A stretch of DNA of 64,000 nucleotides from IMG/VR virus record IMGVR_UViG_3300025120_010521, one strand, 5' to 3'. Positions 18,924 to 27,732 of this stretch are shown piece after piece; positions within the stretch are counted from its first letter, which is position 1, and the number at the start of each line of letters is the position of its first letter. The notes beneath the pieces are model-generated. The model saw only the letters and a program-made list of their open reading frames with translations, was not told where the DNA came from and searched no databases. Source of the stretch: a virus (Duplodnaviria > Caudoviricetes). The position numbers were made by a program, and so were the translations under genes.

Positions 18924-20777
18924 TTAACCGAAAGTTACACCGCTGTTAACAACAACACCGCCTGATAGTGTCATTTGAATTGAAGCATCATTAATTGTTA
19001 ATGTATATGCTCTGTCTTCATAGTCGAACCCGTTAGTTGATCTAACTGTAAAGTTATATGATCCGCTTGATGAAGGATCTGGTGTGCCAGATAAAATACC
19101 TGAAGAACTTAATGTTATTCCGCTTGGTATAGTTCCAGTCTCTATTGAATGTGTTACTGTGTGCAATTGTTCCGATGCTGAATTTCTAAAAGTAGAAGAT
19201 ATGTCATAACTTTGATTTGTACCTTCATTTAAACTTCCTAAAGATCCTGCACCAGTATTCCAAGTAATTGTGTAATCTTGATAAGGTTGATAAGCTCTAT
19301 TTAGATTTGATAGTGCATATCCACTAATTGCATTGTCAATATCACCATTACCTTGAATAAATGTTTTTGCTGAAATTTGATTGTCTTTTGTTGATACTGC
19401 CCCAAACGTACTTGAATCTGTATCAAAGTAACAAGCAACTAATCCTGCTACCTGTGGCGATGCCATCGACGTTCCTTGTAATTTATTTAGATAAAATCCT
19501 GTTGCACCAATTTGTTGTGCTGAACCAGAATTTATATATGCACTAATAATTCTTGTACCAGGGGCCCATACTGTTAATGGTTCTCCGTAGTTTGAAAATG
19601 ATGCTTTTGCAAGATTGGTGTCATGTGCCATAACACTTATATCGTGTCTTGTTGATGTTCCTGATTCTATCCAAGCATTTGATGGCGACTGTCCATTATT
19701 AGTTGCTTGAAAATAAATTGTATTTCCATAACTACCGCTTGGAGGTGCACCAGGTGTTCCTGTTCTTGAACCCGTACCATGTACATTTGGATCATGTGCT
19801 GATGCATCTTCTTTGTAAATTTTTTCATTAGTTCCATAGCCCAAGTCATTGCCTGAATCAAAGAAATACCAATAACCTGAATTCCAACCTGACTCTGTTG
19901 AATCATAAACTCTCTCATTGTCATTACCTGCTGATGAAACTGTTACTATTCCTGCGTTGTGCATATTTTTAACAAGTGTATCATAAGAGCTTGATCTTGC
20001 CATATGATATTGACTGCTAGGAATATTACTTGCGTCCCATGATGCAGGATTAATAAAATGTGAAGGATGGTTTGGTGGATAGTAAGTTGACGTTGCCCAA
20101 CTCATGTTTACCACTGTTGGTTTACCTGTGCCTTTTGAATTATGCCAAGTAGTAATGTACCCCATTGAACTTGCTGAGTATCCATAACTAACACTGCCTA
20201 AATTTGTAGTGAAAGGATAAATTTGTGCATCTCTGGCCCACCCTTGTGTTCTACCTGCTACTGTGCCTGCAACGTGTGTTCCGTGTCCGTTTGAGTCTGT
20301 ATAAAAATTAGCACCTTGTGATCCGCCCCAACTGATTTGATTTATTCTTGATGATGAGTTAGACGACAAGTCATTGAATTCTGGATGTCCTACAACAATA
20401 CCTGTATCCATGATAACACAATCAACATTCGCACCTGTTTGTGAATATGTAAAGTTAGTTGATAGTGTTGTACTGTTTTGGGTCATTTGTGCAAGTCCCC
20501 AATTATGATATGATGTGTTTACTGTTGATGTTGTGTTTGGATTTATAGTTGCTGATGCATCAACATCAAATTTTAATTTCTTTTCGTAATCCTCACTGTT
20601 TGCACCTGCTACTTTTTCTGAATTTAACCATTTGTCAAACTGTGCTCTATCAGTCATTTCTGCCCAAATAATTTCAGGAATAGAAGCATCTGTGATAGTT
20701 ATACCATCAGCTTCTAATTCAATAATTAGCTGGTCTTTTGTAATAATATCTAAGTTAGGTACAATTAGTGCTTTCAT
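18924..20777 (-). CDS. subtilisin-like S8 serine protease with C-terminal Ig-like domain
   Basis: Catalytic triad DTGI / HGTHVAGT / GTSMASP; C-terminal GTIPSGITLSSSGILSGTP...GSYNFTVR. Confidence 0.9.
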   Translation of the reverse strand: MKALIVPNLDIITKDQLIIELEADGITITDASIPEIIWAEMTDRAQFDKWLNSEKVAGANSEDYEKKLKFDVDASATINPNTTSTVNTSYHNWGLAQMTQNSTTLSTNFTYSQTGANVDCVIMDTGIVVGHPEFNDLSSNSSSRINQISWGGSQGANFYTDSNGHGTHVAGTVAGRTQGWARDAQIYPFTTNLGSVSYGYSASSMGYITTWHNSKGTGKPTVVNMSWATSTYYPPNHPSHFINPASWDASNIPSSQYHMARSSSYDTLVKNMHNAGIVTVSSAGNDNERVYDSTESGWNSGYWYFFDSGNDLGYGTNEKIYKEDASAHDPNVHGTGSRTGTPGAPPSGSYGNTIYFQATNNGQSPSNAWIESGTSTRHDISVMAHDTNLAKASFSNYGEPLTVWAPGTRIISAYINSGSAQQIGATGFYLNKLQGTSMASPQVAGLVACYFDTDSSTFGAVSTKDNQISAKTFIQGNGDIDNAISGYALSNLNRAYQPYQDYTITWNTGAGSLGSLNEGTNQSYDISSTFRNSASEQLHTVTHSIETGTIPSGITLSSSGILSGTPDPSSSGSYNFTVRSTNGFDYEDRAYTLTINDASIQMTLSGGVVVNSGVTFG

Positions 20778-20786
20778 ATGTTTATC

Positions 20787-20842
20787 CTAGTATATGGCAC
20801 CTTAAAACTGGACTAAGACGCCATTATATACTAGTATTTATA
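20787..20842 (-). promoter_or_regulatory. TATAAATA late promoter followed by a leader hairpin overlapping the AGGA RBS
   Basis: tatttata 20835-20842; arms CTAGTAT(ATA)ATGGC / GCCATATACTAG. Confidence 0.65.
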
Positions 20843-20844
20843 AA

Positions 20845-21000
20845 CTATATTCCTTGCATACGATCATCTTTAGATAACAAGTTTTTTTTGGCTTTTGGCC
20901 TAGCAACAGAGTCTTGTGAGCGTTTTCGTAAAATTGCTTTAGCACTGATTTTGCGTTTTAGATCTGCTAAGGGTTTCTTTAAATCCCATTTAAAGTTCAT
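20845..21000 (-). CDS. small Lys/Arg-rich protein, 51 aa (not in ORF track)
   Basis: MNFKWDLKKPLADLKRKISAKAILRKRSQDSVARPKAKKNLLSKDDRMQGI; strong SD AAGGAGGG. Confidence 0.8.
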   Translation of the reverse strand: MNFKWDLKKPLADLKRKISAKAILRKRSQDSVARPKAKKNLLSKDDRMQGI

Positions 21001-21028
21001 ATCACCCTCCTTATGTTAAAAGTTAGGT

Positions 21029-21073
21029 GCGTTCCTTCGCTTATGCTACTTCCGTCCCATTGGGATGAACGAT
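21029..21073 (-). ncRNA. glnA RNA motif (glutamine-I riboswitch)
   Basis: AUCGUUC-A-UCCC(AAU)GGGA-CGGAAGUA-GC(AUAA)GC-GAAG-GAACGC: P1, P2, the GGAAGUA/GAAG E-loop and a short P3 match the known consensus. Confidence 0.85.
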
Positions 21074-21081
21074 TGTACTAG

Positions 21082-21089
21082 TATTTATA
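21082..21089 (-). promoter_or_regulatory. T4-type late promoter TATAAATA upstream of the riboswitch
   Basis: Exact octamer, 8 nt before the aptamer. Confidence 0.7.
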
Positions 21090-22092
21090 TACATAAAGTT
21101 TCAAATTGTAGCATTAATCTATTTTCATTACCTATTCCACCATCGCCTTGTAATTTGAATGGTTTTGCCATATGGTATCTTTTGTTGTCCCAACTAATTA
21201 ATGTTCCTGGTTGACCAAAATATAAGATTTTATTTAATGATAACCCACTTAATTTTTCTATTGGAAATTGTTGTTTAAATCTACCTATTATGTTTGGGTT
21301 TGTTATAGGCTTCATCATCTCCATATAGTCCTTATGGGGGAAAGGTTTGTTAGTTAATCCTCTTACATATTCACCAAATCTTTCAAATAAGCCATTGTCA
21401 TCTTTACACCAAGTTATGCAAGGTCTTTTCATTTCATCGAGATTATCAACATTATTAACTATATCATAATATGTACTATATGGAAACCATTGGTCAAATA
21501 TAATTGTAGCTTTGTCTGGTTGTGCATCTAAGTTTACTAACCCTTGATGTGCATATTTAAAATATTCTACAGGATCATATTCTTGTTTTAAATATTTTGG
21601 ATGATGTTTTGGTCTTGGTGATTTATTTTTTAATTTTTGAAAGATGTCTTGACCATCACAATGAATTTTTAATGATGACCCAAAATTGTGAAATGCAACA
21701 TCAACAACCTTAGCAGGTCTGCCTATTTCTTCAAATCTTTTTTCCATTATACTAATAGTATCTTTTAGCCAGTTGTTATATTTTTGTATAAATTCAAATC
21801 CATCATCTTTGTGCCAAAAATCTAACTGTACTCTTTTTTCTTTACTATGTTTTTCTTTATTTCTAATAGCTGAAACAATTTGACTCCATACTACATCCGG
21901 TGTTCCTTTTCTACTAAAATTTGCTTCTTCTATTCTCATGTATGACTTATCATGGTCAAATTTTTCAATTTTGTTTAATACATCATTATACAATTTCCAA
22001 TATCCATCAGTGACAAATTTTAATTCTGATTCATTAAAAAAATTTGGATACTGCAAAGAGTCATATAGATTTTCATTATAAAATTTATTCAT
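21085..22092 (-). CDS. hypothetical protein, possible 2OG-Fe(II) oxygenase fold
   Basis: LKIHCD (HxD), distal WDNKRYHMA His and NRLML Arg in the typical order. Confidence 0.45.
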   Translation of the reverse strand: MNKFYNENLYDSLQYPNFFNESELKFVTDGYWKLYNDVLNKIEKFDHDKSYMRIEEANFSRKGTPDVVWSQIVSAIRNKEKHSKEKRVQLDFWHKDDGFEFIQKYNNWLKDTISIMEKRFEEIGRPAKVVDVAFHNFGSSLKIHCDGQDIFQKLKNKSPRPKHHPKYLKQEYDPVEYFKYAHQGLVNLDAQPDKATIIFDQWFPYSTYYDIVNNVDNLDEMKRPCITWCKDDNGLFERFGEYVRGLTNKPFPHKDYMEMMKPITNPNIIGRFKQQFPIEKLSGLSLNKILYFGQPGTLISWDNKRYHMAKPFKLQGDGGIGNENRLMLQFETLCI

Positions 22093-23026
22093 TACAGTCC
22101 TTAACAGTTATATTTGGAAAAGGCTTATCTTCTAATCCAGATGTATTTTCTAATACATTAATTTTAAATTCTATTTTACTAGAACTTATTTCTTGTAAAT
22201 TTACTATCCTTTGATAATAACTATGAGAGCCAGTAAATGGTCTATTAGGATGATTTGTCATTACATAATCTTTATCTAAAGTAGCATTAAAATATAACAT
22301 TGCGTTATCGTTAATTGATGGCTTTGTTTTAAAATCAACCACAGATTTAATATATGCGTTATCATATAAATCTAAATCATCAATAGTTTTAAATTTAAAT
22401 AAGGTATGATCAGACTCTGATTGAGAAAGTTTATAATAGAACTCCGTAGTATCGTCGCCACCTACAAAGTAGGCTGTATCTAATAAATCATTTGGTAATA
22501 ATGATTTTAATATTTCTAACTTAACTGGTGCCTGAACACAGAAATCTAGATCTTTTTGTTTAGGTACTATATAATTGCCATATGCTTTTAATTCAAATTG
22601 TTCAGGTATTTGTTTTGGAACATTATATCTTTTAACAAAATCTAAAAAATCGTACAACATTCTACTTTCAAAAAGATGATCACCAATACATTCAGAAATG
22701 ATTAGATCCACTTTTAAATTAGATTTTTCTTTTAAAAAGGATTGGCTTGTTCCTACATATACTTCTATAATATCTTGCATGTTGTTTATTTTTATATTGT
22801 GTTTAAGCTGTTCTGCTACAATTAGATCTTCTTCAATTGCGTAAACTTTTTTTGCACCAAAATGTGCGGCAATTATTCCAAGTACTCCAGTTCCTGCACC
22901 AAAGTCAATAACCGTATCTCCTTTGGTAACTTTGTTTTCAATTGCTTTAAAATATAAAGACATTCTGTAACTGTCGTTAACCATAATGTCGTGTGATATA
23001 GAATTTATATACTTGCCTTTAAACAT
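22085..23026 (-). CDS. class I SAM methyltransferase, PRMT-like
   Basis: HDIMVNDSYR..Y.KAI, VIDFGAGTGVL, VYAIE, VDLIISECIGDHLFES double-E loop. Confidence 0.75.
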   Translation of the reverse strand: MFKGKYINSISHDIMVNDSYRMSLYFKAIENKVTKGDTVIDFGAGTGVLGIIAAHFGAKKVYAIEEDLIVAEQLKHNIKINNMQDIIEVYVGTSQSFLKEKSNLKVDLIISECIGDHLFESRMLYDFLDFVKRYNVPKQIPEQFELKAYGNYIVPKQKDLDFCVQAPVKLEILKSLLPNDLLDTAYFVGGDDTTEFYYKLSQSESDHTLFKFKTIDDLDLYDNAYIKSVVDFKTKPSINDNAMLYFNATLDKDYVMTNHPNRPFTGSHSYYQRIVNLQEISSSKIEFKINVLENTSGLEDKPFPNITVKDCNE

Positions 23027-23071
23027 TGTTTCTCTCTTTTAATAATATATATAACTATTTATTTTGGCCAT

Positions 23072-23101
23072 AAAAAAAGGGCGAGTAAAACCCGCCCTTT
23101 T
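23072..23101 (-). terminator. Rho-independent terminator
   Basis: AAAAGGGCGGG-TTTTA-CTCGCCC followed by a U7 tract. Confidence 0.85.
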
Positions 23102-23134
23102 AAGTATCTTGTATTCTAGCTAATCAATTAATGA

Positions 23135-23443
23135 TTATGCTTTTGTTTGATCGAAGTCTGCTAATATAGTTGAAGCCGCACCTGTTACGCCTAATGCGTT
23201 TGATGAGTCAGCTACGTATGTAATTGTGCTTTGTAAAGCAAATTGCACGTTATCAGCTTGATCGTCTGAAGTATAACCATCTACAGCCGCTACTGTGTGA
23301 CCTTCTGTTTTAAGAGATTGGATCAAAGTAGTTAATTCTGCACGAGTGATGTTTGTTTTCGCTACGTTAATGATTTGAGTTCTTGGACCTAGACCATTAC
23401 CGTTATCACCTGTTGGTTTACCTGAAGTTGGACCGAATGACAT
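23135..23443 (-). CDS. small late protein (putatively structural)
   Basis: Own TAAATA promoter, structured leader, AAGGAG SD and own terminator. Confidence 0.65.
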   Translation of the reverse strand: MSFGPTSGKPTGDNGNGLGPRTQIINVAKTNITRAELTTLIQSLKTEGHTVAAVDGYTSDDQADNVQFALQSTITYVADSSNALGVTGAASTILADFDQTKA

Positions 23444-23570
23444 AATATTGTCTCCTTAAATTTTTTAAAACTGCAATATGACCCATATTGTTCATATCGC
23501 AATCGTTACAGTTTTATTTATGCTTGAGAGGCCTATATTATGTGATAATATATAGATTTCTATTTATATT

Positions 23571-24023
23571 TTAAATTAGACTTTGAAAAGTACCCTGTTT
23601 ATTAATTGTAAGTACTTGTTTTCGGTTATCGGCATTGTCTTTATATGATATATGAACCCAGCCACTACGTGGGTCCTTGCCATTATAAAATTCAAGTATT
23701 AGCTGATCGAAGTCTAAATTGTTTTTGATCCATTCTGCTAAATCTCTATTGCTGAGAGTTGGTACTTCTATATCTGCCGCTTCTCCAAAACAATGCTGTG
23801 ATTTTTTGGAACCACCAATTGCTGTGTTTAATTTTTTACATCTATAACCTGAATTAATTACTGTAGGACCAAACTTATCTCTAACAGGCTGTAATATTTC
23901 TTCTGCAAGTGTTTGCATTTTAGAAACAATATCAGGATCTTTTGGTAAGTTATCAATACCTTTACGTAATGCTGTTTGACTTTTGCAAAGTTCTGCTAGT
24001 GAAAAATTATTAGTGAGTTGCAT
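23571..24023 (-). CDS. Peptidase M15A (endolysin-like)
   Basis: NSGYRC, SQH..GEAAD, WVHISY. Confidence 0.9.
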   Translation of the reverse strand: MQLTNNFSLAELCKSQTALRKGIDNLPKDPDIVSKMQTLAEEILQPVRDKFGPTVINSGYRCKKLNTAIGGSKKSQHCFGEAADIEVPTLSNRDLAEWIKNNLDFDQLILEFYNGKDPRSGWVHISYKDNADNRKQVLTINKQGTFQSLI

Positions 24024-24456
24024 GATTATCTTTTCCTTCTACCATGTCTCCGTATGTTTTGTAACCTGTTTTTACACTTTCATCTTTTGGATAATATATT
24101 TCACAACCATTTTCACCATCTTCAGATACTTCAATTCTTACATCACGTTTAACATACTTTTGCTTAATTTCTTTATATAAATCATCTGCCATCATTTCAC
24201 ATGACTTATAATCAAGTTCAAGTGTTTTTTCTGCATATAGTTTTTCAAGCCATCTTTTAAACTGTATAAATTCAATATCTCTATCATCATGGAATACTTC
24301 AATAGCGACTTTAAAATGAAATATATGTCTATGTGGATATCCTAAAAAACTAACATCATATTCATCACCTGTTGCAAGTTTAGGGTCATCTAATGCCGCC
24401 GGATACTTATGTATTCCTTCTTTTCTAAATGTTACCCAAATTAGTTTTTTCATCAA
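24010..24456 (-). CDS. queD: QueD-like 6-carboxy-tetrahydropterin synthase (T-fold)
   Basis: EGIHKYP, HRH, DRDIEF, SCEMMA, EVSEDGENG; FolE/QueE/TGT in the same window. Confidence 0.75.
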   Translation of the reverse strand: MMKKLIWVTFRKEGIHKYPAALDDPKLATGDEYDVSFLGYPHRHIFHFKVAIEVFHDDRDIEFIQFKRWLEKLYAEKTLELDYKSCEMMADDLYKEIKQKYVKRDVRIEVSEDGENGCEIYYPKDESVKTGYKTYGDMVEGKDNHATH

Positions 24457-24653
24457 TCTATCTCCGTTCTAACTATGTGTTTCCTTAATGCTCTAACAAG
24501 CTCTTCAATTTTATCAATACAGCCAATTAAATCTCTATCTGTTATATACTTAGATTTTTCTTTTAGCTTGTCATATTCTTTTAATGGTATTGTTACCATT
24601 GACTGCTCGTTTTCATAAGTTTTATCATGATCGTAATCATCTACACTTGTCAT
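24453..24653 (-). CDS. hypothetical protein
   Basis: 66-aa ORF with GGAGG SD. Confidence 0.6.
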   Translation of the reverse strand: MTSVDDYDHDKTYENEQSMVTIPLKEYDKLKEKSKYITDRDLIGCIDKIEELVRALRKHIVRTEID

Positions 24654-24829
24654 AAACCTCCGTTGTTATTATTTTTTAACTTATCTTTTGCTATTAGTTT
24701 TTCTTTTTTTAGATTCACTAATTCTTCTTTGGTTAACCAATCTCTAGCATGTTGTCTTAATTTTTCTGCTTCGTTTACTTTTTTCTTTAAGTTTTTATGT
24801 TCTTGCTTTAGTTCTTTTGCTGTTACCAT
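24650..24829 (-). CDS. small coiled-coil protein, DUF465/YdcH-like, 59 aa (not in ORF track)
   Basis: MVTAKELKQEHKNLKKKVNEAEKLRQ...LKKEKLIAKDKL; AAGGAG SD. Confidence 0.6.
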   Translation of the reverse strand: MVTAKELKQEHKNLKKKVNEAEKLRQHARDWLTKEELVNLKKEKLIAKDKLKNNNNGGL

Positions 24830-25031
24830 TTGTACTCCTTATAAAGTCTTTTGCTGTTGGTTCTAACTTTTTTAACCTAAAACTTAATGCTTTTTTATCG
24901 CCTTTGCTTGTAACAATAACAGGCTGTCCATGTAAATCTTTTTTAATATCTTTAATTTTTGCACTGACATTTTTAAATCTACCAAGCTCAATGCTGTCAC
25001 CAACTTTCAATGTTATTGTTGTTGATTTCAT
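24795..25031 (-). CDS. hypothetical protein
   Basis: 78-aa ORF in operon. Confidence 0.5.
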   Translation of the reverse strand: MKSTTITLKVGDSIELGRFKNVSAKIKDIKKDLHGQPVIVTSKGDKKALSFRLKKLEPTAKDFIRSTNGNSKRTKART

Positions 25032-25549
25032 ACTGGCTTATCCTTTTTATATTCTTCCCAACCTGTATAGTTATTTGGAACTTTAATTGTTTCTATAGTA
25101 GTAGACCATACTCCATTATTTGTTGCTTCAAAATCTTCATCATCAAGTTTAATATTGATTGTTCCTTTAATTTTATCAATGTTAGGAACTACAATTGCAT
25201 AAGTTAAACTAAATCTTGCATGTGAAAGAAACTGTTTTATTTGATTTGGAACTGTTACAGGATCAACATCGACTGTTACATGTAGCTTTGCATTTAAACA
25301 TTCTTTAATAAGATCAAACATAGGATCTGTCCATTGTTTTTTCCAGTTTTTAAATGAATGATTGGCTCCAAAATAAATTTGTTCTATATCATGTTTAATG
25401 ACTTTGTTAACAAAATTTACTGGTGTTTCTTTTGGAACCCCAACTACAAAATATGTGTTCATTCCATAGCAAGGAGTTCTTTCAACTTCTATGCCAACAA
25501 AGTCAGTGACATTCTCTTTGATCTCTTGATTATCGTATTCTCGCTTCAT
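25028..25549 (-). CDS. hypothetical protein between queD and the TGT-like gene
   Basis: FVGIEVERTP, IYFGANHSF, KLDDEDFEATNNGVW; own sigma70 promoter. Confidence 0.65.
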   Translation of the reverse strand: MKREYDNQEIKENVTDFVGIEVERTPCYGMNTYFVVGVPKETPVNFVNKVIKHDIEQIYFGANHSFKNWKKQWTDPMFDLIKECLNAKLHVTVDVDPVTVPNQIKQFLSHARFSLTYAIVVPNIDKIKGTINIKLDDEDFEATNNGVWSTTIETIKVPNNYTGWEEYKKDKPV

Positions 25550-25584
25550 TGTACAATAATAACATACATACAGATTTTGTCAAT

Positions 25585-25989
25585 CTATATGTCGCCTTCT
25601 TTTCTATTTTCACTTTTGGCCACATTAAATTCACCTTCTGGATATCTGGCCATTAGCTTTTCTTTATTCATACTAATTACTTTGTTAGGATCAACACCAA
25701 GTGCCATACACCCTTGTGTCCAATACCACATAACATCACCAAGTTCTTTAATCATGTGTGTTTTAGTTTCTTCTGTTAGTGGCTTTCCTTGAAACACTAG
25801 TTTTTTTACAATTTCTGTAAACTCTCCTGATTCTGCTGATAATCCCATTGCCGCTGTTAGTAATCTTGGAACATCTTTATTTCCTAAATCATCTAACCTT
25901 TGTCTAAATGCTGTTGAATCTTTAGATTCGTTGCTGGTAACTTTATCCACAAACTGTGAATATTCTTTTAAATCAATCTCTGACATCAT
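25585..25989 (-). CDS. MazG-like nucleoside triphosphate pyrophosphohydrolase
   Basis: GLSAESGEFTEIVKK...KELGDVMWY...NKEKLMARY. Confidence 0.85.
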   Translation of the reverse strand: MMSEIDLKEYSQFVDKVTSNESKDSTAFRQRLDDLGNKDVPRLLTAAMGLSAESGEFTEIVKKLVFQGKPLTEETKTHMIKELGDVMWYWTQGCMALGVDPNKVISMNKEKLMARYPEGEFNVAKSENRKEGDI

Positions 25990-26206
25990 CTTCCTCCATT
26001 TGCTCTTCTACTTTGTCTACAAGTTCTTTTACGTCCTGTTGCCATAAAATTCTATCTTGTGGTATTGCTTTAATTAATTCTTTAACTGTTTTTTTTAGTT
26101 CGTTGTACTTGTACTTCATATTGGCTGATTCATTTTTATATTCATTTGCCATATATTCCGCTGTGTATCTCATTTGTGCTTCTTTGTTTTGCCAATCTGA
26201 TGACAT
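25973..26206 (-). CDS. hypothetical coiled-coil protein
   Basis: 77-aa ORF coupled to the TGT-like gene. Confidence 0.55.
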   Translation of the reverse strand: MSSDWQNKEAQMRYTAEYMANEYKNESANMKYKYNELKKTVKELIKAIPQDRILWQQDVKELVDKVEEQMEEDDVRD

Positions 26207-27732
26207 TATACAGTTTCTAACACCTTTTCCAACTCTTCTAATTTTACATCATTTGGATCACCTAGATCGCCATCACCCATTGAGCTTTGTGTATCAACAT
26301 CAAATAGATTAGTGAAGTTGTTACCAGATTGTCCAGTCCATCTCACACCTCTTATGTCATGTAAGAATGCTTGGTTGTCTTCTAACATCTGCATAGGAGT
26401 TTCTGACTTGAAGAAATCTTCAATGAAAGCATTAAAGTAAAGTACATTTCTAGGACACCAGTCACTAAATTCTGCTGATGTTTCTTTTTGTTTTACTTTA
26501 CGCCAGTGTCTGTAATCTGGCTTGTGTATAGATGATTCAATATCAGTAATTTGATTTGCTTTTTGTACAATCTTAATATGTTGATTAACATTATGACCCA
26601 TCATCAATGCATAAGCAAATGAATCCCAAGATGTTTTACCTTCTTTGCCTACCTTGTTTAAATCACCAGGCCCATACCAACAAATATCACCAATAGTAAG
26701 CCTTCTGCCAATCTCCGACTCCCATGGAAACGGTATAGTAGAAAGTTTTAATGCTTTACTATCAGTTGCTTTGTCCATAATATATGACCATCGCTTGTTA
26801 GTATGAACCGGTGAAGTATATACCAAACCATGTGCTGTTGCCACAAACGCACTTGCACTATCATAAGATACTGTCAGGTTTGGATTTACATGCTTTCTTA
26901 GTTGCCTTTGAATTGACGTTAAGAAACAAGCCCAATCTAATTTACTTGTACCAAGAAAGTGTATCCAATCTCTGTTATCAAGTAATTTAGAATCACGTAA
27001 TATAATTAGGCGTCGGAGAGCCATTGTCATATCACACATATTGTTTCCGCCAAATGCCCAACCTTCAAATGGAAAATGCTTCACAGCATCATACCATACG
27101 TCTCCAGTTGGAATATCAAAGCCTTGAAGCACGTTCAGAAACTTTGTTTGTCCAAGTCTATGTTTTAAAAAATATTCATTGTTATGTACTGTACCTGAAA
27201 TACAATCACCATACGATTTCAATCCTGTCTTAGGGCTGTGTGTGGCATCACTTGCCCAACTAGGAATATCTAACACCATTGACCAATCTGCTGTAAGTTC
27301 TAACCAATGTAGAATCTTATTACGCATTGTGTTTGCAGATTTGCCTTTGAAGTTTTCCCAATCAAATTTTAGTATGCCTTTACCAATTTGATATCCACCA
27401 CTGTCACCTACAATAATAGTATCTTTTTTATTTCTTGTGTGAAACATTGATTCGTTCACAATAGATTTTTCAACATCTAGATGAGCGTGGCCGGCTGAGT
27501 ATAAGCCATATTTGTAATTGAAGTAACCTTTTTCTTTGTTAAGATAGTTTAGTCCTTCAATACCATTTTCAAATCCTTTTGGGATTCTATCATCTGGCAC
27601 AAACTGTTTGTCAGTTCCGCCTGTTTGTTGTTGCTTACTTACATAAGTTTGATAAAAGCCACTAACTGCTGGTAAAAACACAGCATAGTCTTTGTGGCTG
27701 GCTGTTAGATCTTCTCCGTATGGTTTTGACAC
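26206..27732 (-). CDS. tRNA-guanine transglycosylase-fold protein (DpdA-like deazaguanine insertase)
   Basis: DSGGYQ, LDIP, NVLQG, GWAFGG, IHFLG, SYDSAS, GHN in TGT order; next to the clamp and PolB. Confidence 0.8.
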   Translation of the reverse strand: MSKPYGEDLTASHKDYAVFLPAVSGFYQTYVSKQQQTGGTDKQFVPDDRIPKGFENGIEGLNYLNKEKGYFNYKYGLYSAGHAHLDVEKSIVNESMFHTRNKKDTIIVGDSGGYQIGKGILKFDWENFKGKSANTMRNKILHWLELTADWSMVLDIPSWASDATHSPKTGLKSYGDCISGTVHNNEYFLKHRLGQTKFLNVLQGFDIPTGDVWYDAVKHFPFEGWAFGGNNMCDMTMALRRLIILRDSKLLDNRDWIHFLGTSKLDWACFLTSIQRQLRKHVNPNLTVSYDSASAFVATAHGLVYTSPVHTNKRWSYIMDKATDSKALKLSTIPFPWESEIGRRLTIGDICWYGPGDLNKVGKEGKTSWDSFAYALMMGHNVNQHIKIVQKANQITDIESSIHKPDYRHWRKVKQKETSAEFSDWCPRNVLYFNAFIEDFFKSETPMQMLEDNQAFLHDIRGVRWTGQSGNNFTNLFDVDTQSSMGDGDLGDPNDVKLEELEKVLETV

